Position numbers and translations under genes: made by a program. From the NCBI GenBank assembly GCA_002633005.1, contig NMRA01000729.1, positions 1 to 64,000 on the forward strand: 64,000 bases of DNA. The letters run 5' to 3'. The notes beneath the pieces were generated by a model. The model saw only the letters and a program-made list of their open reading frames with translations. It was not told the DNA's origin and made no database searches. The DNA is from Phoronis australis. Taxonomy: Eukaryota; Animalia; Phoronida. Below, one piece after another: positions 63,801-64,000 of this stretch (positions are counted from its first letter, which is position 1; each line of letters opens with the position of its first letter).

Positions 63801-64000
63801 TGAGGGTGCAATTTTTTGGAAGTTCCTAATAGACGTTAGCATAAGCCTTAAACTTCCAACTGGAAACTACACGTAATAAGTGCTGAAACTCGATGCAAGT
63901 CCATTTGCAATCACGAATATGTACAGGTACAGTAGGCCCAGGAGTACTGAGCGAACCTTTACTGCATTCAGCGCCCCTCAGCTTGCCAAATAGCAGTGCG

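Overview
AT-rich, intron-rich animal genomic DNA, probably from an invertebrate; there is no prokaryotic signature. Most of the window is one large minus-strand gene, with about 39 hand-traced GT-AG exons from 56620 down to the stop at 5791 (5' end not located). It encodes a receptor-type tandem-domain protein tyrosine phosphatase with the architecture LCCL - two Tie-like Ig domains - five EGF/EGF-laminin repeats (the first two clearly Tie1/Tie2-like) - about six FN3 plus a juxtamembrane FN3-like domain - TM - active-looking PTP D1 - degenerate D2. Facing it tail-to-tail on the + strand (637-808, missed by the ORF track) is the last coding exon of a Tie-family receptor tyrosine kinase, so a Tie kinase and a Tie-ectodomain phosphatase sit next to each other as a candidate paired signalling system. 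Introns and flanks carry three non-autonomous Kolobok-type DNA transposons (TTAA TSD, THAP and KolX remnants), a decayed LINE, a Gypsy RT fragment, Penelope-like ends with hammerhead-like motifs, several MITE/foldback elements, a tandem EGF-exon duplication and a 17-bp minisatellite that multiplies a splice donor. Protein and transposon family assignments come from my recall of family motifs, not from database searches.
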